This document shows positions 59,750 through 64,000 of a stretch of DNA of 64,000 nucleotides, piece after piece. Below the pieces are notes generated by a model. It searched no databases and was not told the origin of the DNA. It saw only the letters and a program-made list of their open reading frames with translations. A program made the position numbers and the translations under genes. Each line of letters opens with the position of its first letter. Within the stretch, counting starts at the first letter, position 1. The stretch is taken from contig NC_081331.1 of the NCBI RefSeq assembly GCF_022539665.2, positions 3,100,001-3,164,000 on the forward strand. The letters are read 5' to 3'. Source of the DNA: Daphnia carinata (lineage: Eukaryota).

Positions 59750-62700
59750 GTAAGTCTTCCTAATTTTGTATTTTTCCTTGTGTCAGCGTCAAGCTGGCGG
59801 AAGGTTACCCGGGCTACGCGCATTTGCTAATGTTATACGTACACAATATCTATGGCACGGATAAGTTTTTGTTGTGTCAGACGTGCTCCAAAAAGAACTG
59901 CGAGATAAACTTTGGCCTGCTTTACCCCCTCGTGAAAGCCCTTGTAGTACCCCGACAGCGGCTAACGTCTATTCACGTAATCCTTTAGCATTTCCTCGAG
60001 CGCGGAACTAGAAGATCATTTGCCTGCTGCATTAAAAATGGCAAATGCCATGTTTTTTTTCGTGGGACTCATTCTTGGGCAGGTTGGCTCACATGTAATG
60101 GTAGTCTATTAATAATGCCTTTGGAAGATGGAGGTTTGCCCACAGCTCATCAAACACGTTTTGCATTTATTGATCGAGTTTCTCGTATGAAAGGGGAAAA
60201 TGCTCGATTACGTTTCACTTGGCGAGGGGCTGGCTGATATAACAGAATGAAATGAATACGTACAAGTGTTGAAAAGAAGATGCACAAGTAAAGCAGTCTG
60301 CCGAAACCCCTCCATTCAAATCTAAAAACGAGAATAACGAAAGGCAGAGTATCATACATCTTTCGATAGACAAACAGGATAGATACTTCTTTGTTTTTCC
60401 AACATCATCACGCTTTCCTTGCGTATCGATTTCGATTCGTTTTACGTTCAAAAACGAATATCTTGGATTTATTTTTGTGTAAACCCCCCCCCCCAAAAAA
60501 AAAAAAAAAAAATTTAGAGACAATTTTAAAGGGATTTAGAACTAGAAGTCTTAGCAGTGAAAAAAAAAAAAAAAAAAAAGGTTTTCATTTTAGACTCTAT
60601 CAACTTGCTTTTCCAGCGCTTTGTATCGTAACAAAAGGGAAACAATGGCCGAATTCACATTCGCAAAGATAAACCGAAAGAACGAAAAAACAATTGTTTC
60701 GGTTTCGCAGAAACTTGATCAAGACAAAAAATAAAAACCAAGGATCTTTCGATCCATTCTCCCTGTTTTATTTATTGTTTCTATATCTTGCAAAAAAAAA
60801 AAAAAAATTTTTTTTGAGCTTTGCCAAGTATGCCAAACCGAAAGATCGATCGATCTTCGTGATCCAAAAGATATGTTCCCTTATTTTTTTCCTTTTGCCT
60901 GCGTTATTGGGTGATCCTCCCGGGGCTGTTTCTCTGTAACTGTGCCGAGTCCAAACGAGAAAACGCGGACAAAGCTATATGGTCAGTAATCCTTGTCGAC
61001 TTTTATCAGTCAAGTACGCTACATTTTTTTTTTGTTCGTGCCATACATTTATCCTGCGGGAATAGAACGCGTTCGTTTGAATAAGTAAAAAAAAAAAGAA
61101 AAATGTTAAAGTTCCGATTGACCTATCCATAGCGATTCATTTCTGTCATACCTTCCCCGCACAAATCGTCGGTCTACAGCAATTGAAAAATGTCTCTTTT
61201 TTTTTTACCTTCTATACAAAATTTTTTGTTTGTTTCCTTTAAATCGTTGCGTGTTATGTCGTCACTAGGACAACGATCGGTCCCGTTTTTAAAACAAGCC
61301 ATTTCTTTTGCTTTCATTGCTGGAGCTATTTATTTGCCGCACTTTTTGGCGTGTGCGTTCGGATTTTCATTTTCTTCTTTCTGCTCGAACGAGTGATAAA
61401 TCCTCTGCGGTTATTGGATCGTTTGCTAGCCAAAAGATCTAAAGATTAAAGCCTATAGAATTACACACACCCTAAGACAGCAACAGCACAACAACAGGAT
61501 GCTGCGTGTGTGTTAAACCTTGGGCCACCAGCTTTGTTTTCTTTAATGTATGCTGCTACACAGACAGCTCTACAGTCTAACGGGGAAGAAGAAATAAAAA
61601 AAAAGTGAGCTACATAGCGAGCACGCTTGCAGCCCTGGAGGGTTCCTATACCGATCGATCCGGCTGCCCTATAGCGTTCCAGCAGCTGTACATAGAGCGG
61701 GACTTCCTTTCTTTCCACCCCTCGCTGCTGGGATTCTCAGTTTTCATTCTCCCTTATTTATTTTATTTTTTTTTTTAAGACAAACACACACGTCTTGTAT
61801 TTTTTGTTTAGCAAAAAAAAATACAAGATGAGGCTATCGGGTAAAAAAAAATAAGGGAAGGACATAAAGTAGATATTTGAAGACTCCGTTTGAGAGAAGG
61901 ATCAAAGGCGATGATATGTATTATATAGTGGGGATGCACTTTGTACTCTTTACAGTACGTGTCTGATCTCGAAACCGGCTGGTTATATCCAACTGAATAT
62001 CCGATGATTGAATTTATGCCTTAGACACATGGTTTCTCCGCAACCCTATCGCTTACAGAAATAAAGAAAATAGCGCCATCGTTTCGTCTTCAGACGTTTA
62101 ATCATCTAAAATTACAAGAGCACGTAACGTAGGGCTCTGTTGCCTGGAACTTTGCTGAGGTTGTTGTTACCGGTCACGAGATAATTACCGACGACTAGAG
62201 GGGGCTATTCCGACATCATCGTTACTCCCATATTTTTTTTTTTTTTTTTGCCCCACATCCATCCATTGCCTTTCATCCGCTTTTAGTTGCTGCCTATGCC
62301 TTTCTTTTTTGTTTTATTATTGATCATTTAATAGCTCTGGTCCTGAAGGAAGGGCTAATGGCTACTGTTTCGGAGCAATTATTGCGCTCAAAACTTTTTT
62401 GTTTGACCGGTTTACACGGTACGCGTATGTTCTCACGCGCTCAATCCCAACATAGCGGACGCTTTCATTACGGCAAATCGCAATCGCTTCAATGGTGACA
62501 TTTAGTACATGTATTCTTATGAATTCATTTGATATCGATATTTTTGTTTTCTAAGAAAATGATGCGATGGTAATGAACACAAACTTTACTCTTGTAATAA
62601 AAGGTGGGGTGGGGGGTTGATCGATGCAAGTATTGGACGGTCACTATTAATAGGTAAAGTTAAACTAGTTCGTACCCCAAGAATTCTCATTACTGCAGTC

Positions 62701-64000
62701 CGTTGCGTAACATCTTTCTACTCTATGCAAGAAGTTAAATTTAAAAACGAAGTTATTAGATGAGAATTAGGATTTCAGAAAAAAAAAAGACCTCGTCTTG
62801 AATTTGTTTTTTAATGAAGAGTTCCGTCTTAACGAGTTTCAAATCCGCTTTGATTTGAATCGCATGCAATAGAGGATCAAGCAACACTCCCTCGTGTGTG
62901 TTGCATTTGAGCGCACAGTCTTTGCCTTCGTCGAACGTTGCCTCATGAATTGTTTTATCTTGTGTATTTTTTCAAAGATAACAGCAACGTCTACAATCAT
63001 TTTTTTCCCCCAAAAAAGCGTCGTCAGCGTCCTTTCATTTTTATGCGACGTGCTCGGTAATGAGCAATAAATAAGCATTTTATTAAGCCGTTAACGACTT
63101 GCTTTATGCAGGGCCATTTCCAAGACTACAGACACAATTTGTAATCAAGGTCGATAGATGGAGAGACGGGCAGCTCATTTTTTTGTTTCGTTCTTATTTA
63201 CGCAACTTGATATTCTTTAAAAGAATAATCAACTGAATGATGACAGTAACGTGGAATGGCTGACACTAATTGAATTCATTACGCACTCTATAACGACGGC
63301 TTTATGATGTAGATATGGAGAGTAAGTCGTTCACGCGTGAGTAGAACGTCTGCCCATCAACAAACAGTTGGTGTAATGTGTTCTTATCTTGACCCTCTCC
63401 ACCCTCGCCATCACTCTGTTTGGTGTATTATTATTATTCATCCGTATACAACAACTAATGATAGCAAGTTGCGCCCGTTTTTGGCGTGTCTGTGTGTGCA
63501 ACATGTAAAAGAGAGTCCCTGTTTTCTCATCCGGAATCGCAAGTTTCAGCCACCGGATCTGCCCAAGAGGCTTACTAGTTAAATATTGTTTGTTTTTGAA
63601 TGAAGAGTAAGGGCGTATCTAATGTAAATGGATTAATGCCCACTTTATCTTGATTGAATTAACTGCAGGATACAGTCAAAAGTCACATTCAATTCCTGTT
63701 GGTAATCAAACACTAAGTGCCTTTCTCCGAAGACCAATAGCTGCGTTGCATTCGTGCGGACCCTGTGTTTGGCTTTTGCGTTACAGAGGGGAACCCTCAA
63801 CGAATAAAAGTCTACACTGGCATTGAGTACCTTCTTAGTTCTTTTGAACGAAAAGCCGAGTTTACTATTTTCTCTTGTTGCCTATTGAAACATGATCAAA
63901 TTGATTCGAGCGTTTCGATAGGGGGGGGATCATGGTTTATTTCCATTCTGCTTCTTTCCTCGTTTCTTCGTTTGTATTAAATGGTCATGGGAAATCAATA

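Overview
This is eukaryotic, gene-dense arthropod DNA with mostly 55-75 nt GT-AG introns and long A/T homopolymers; it is most consistent with a Daphnia-like crustacean (inference from style, not verified). Positions 4-48 kb hold 14 protein-coding genes, largely in head-to-head and tail-to-tail pairs: Sec16(-), Sec22(+), axonemal dynein intermediate chain DNAI1(+), a cathepsin L-like protease(-), two tandem WSCD-family sulfotransferase-like genes(+), MOSMO(-), Su(z)12(+), HINT3(-), Spt16/dre4(+), mRpL38(-), a ZnT/SLC30 zinc transporter(+), Asx(+) and a short TBC-only TBC1D31-like gene(+). Positions 48-64 kb look non-coding in the ORF track. Reading by hand shows several short ATG-initiated exons there that all end in phase-1 donors, probably alternative N-termini of one large + strand gene whose body lies beyond the window; two carry RF-xx motifs suggestive of an SLC12/WNK-SPAK pathway protein. 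No tRNA, rRNA, CRISPR array or transposase was recognised. Exon boundaries were derived manually and identities come from recalled family motifs, not database searches.
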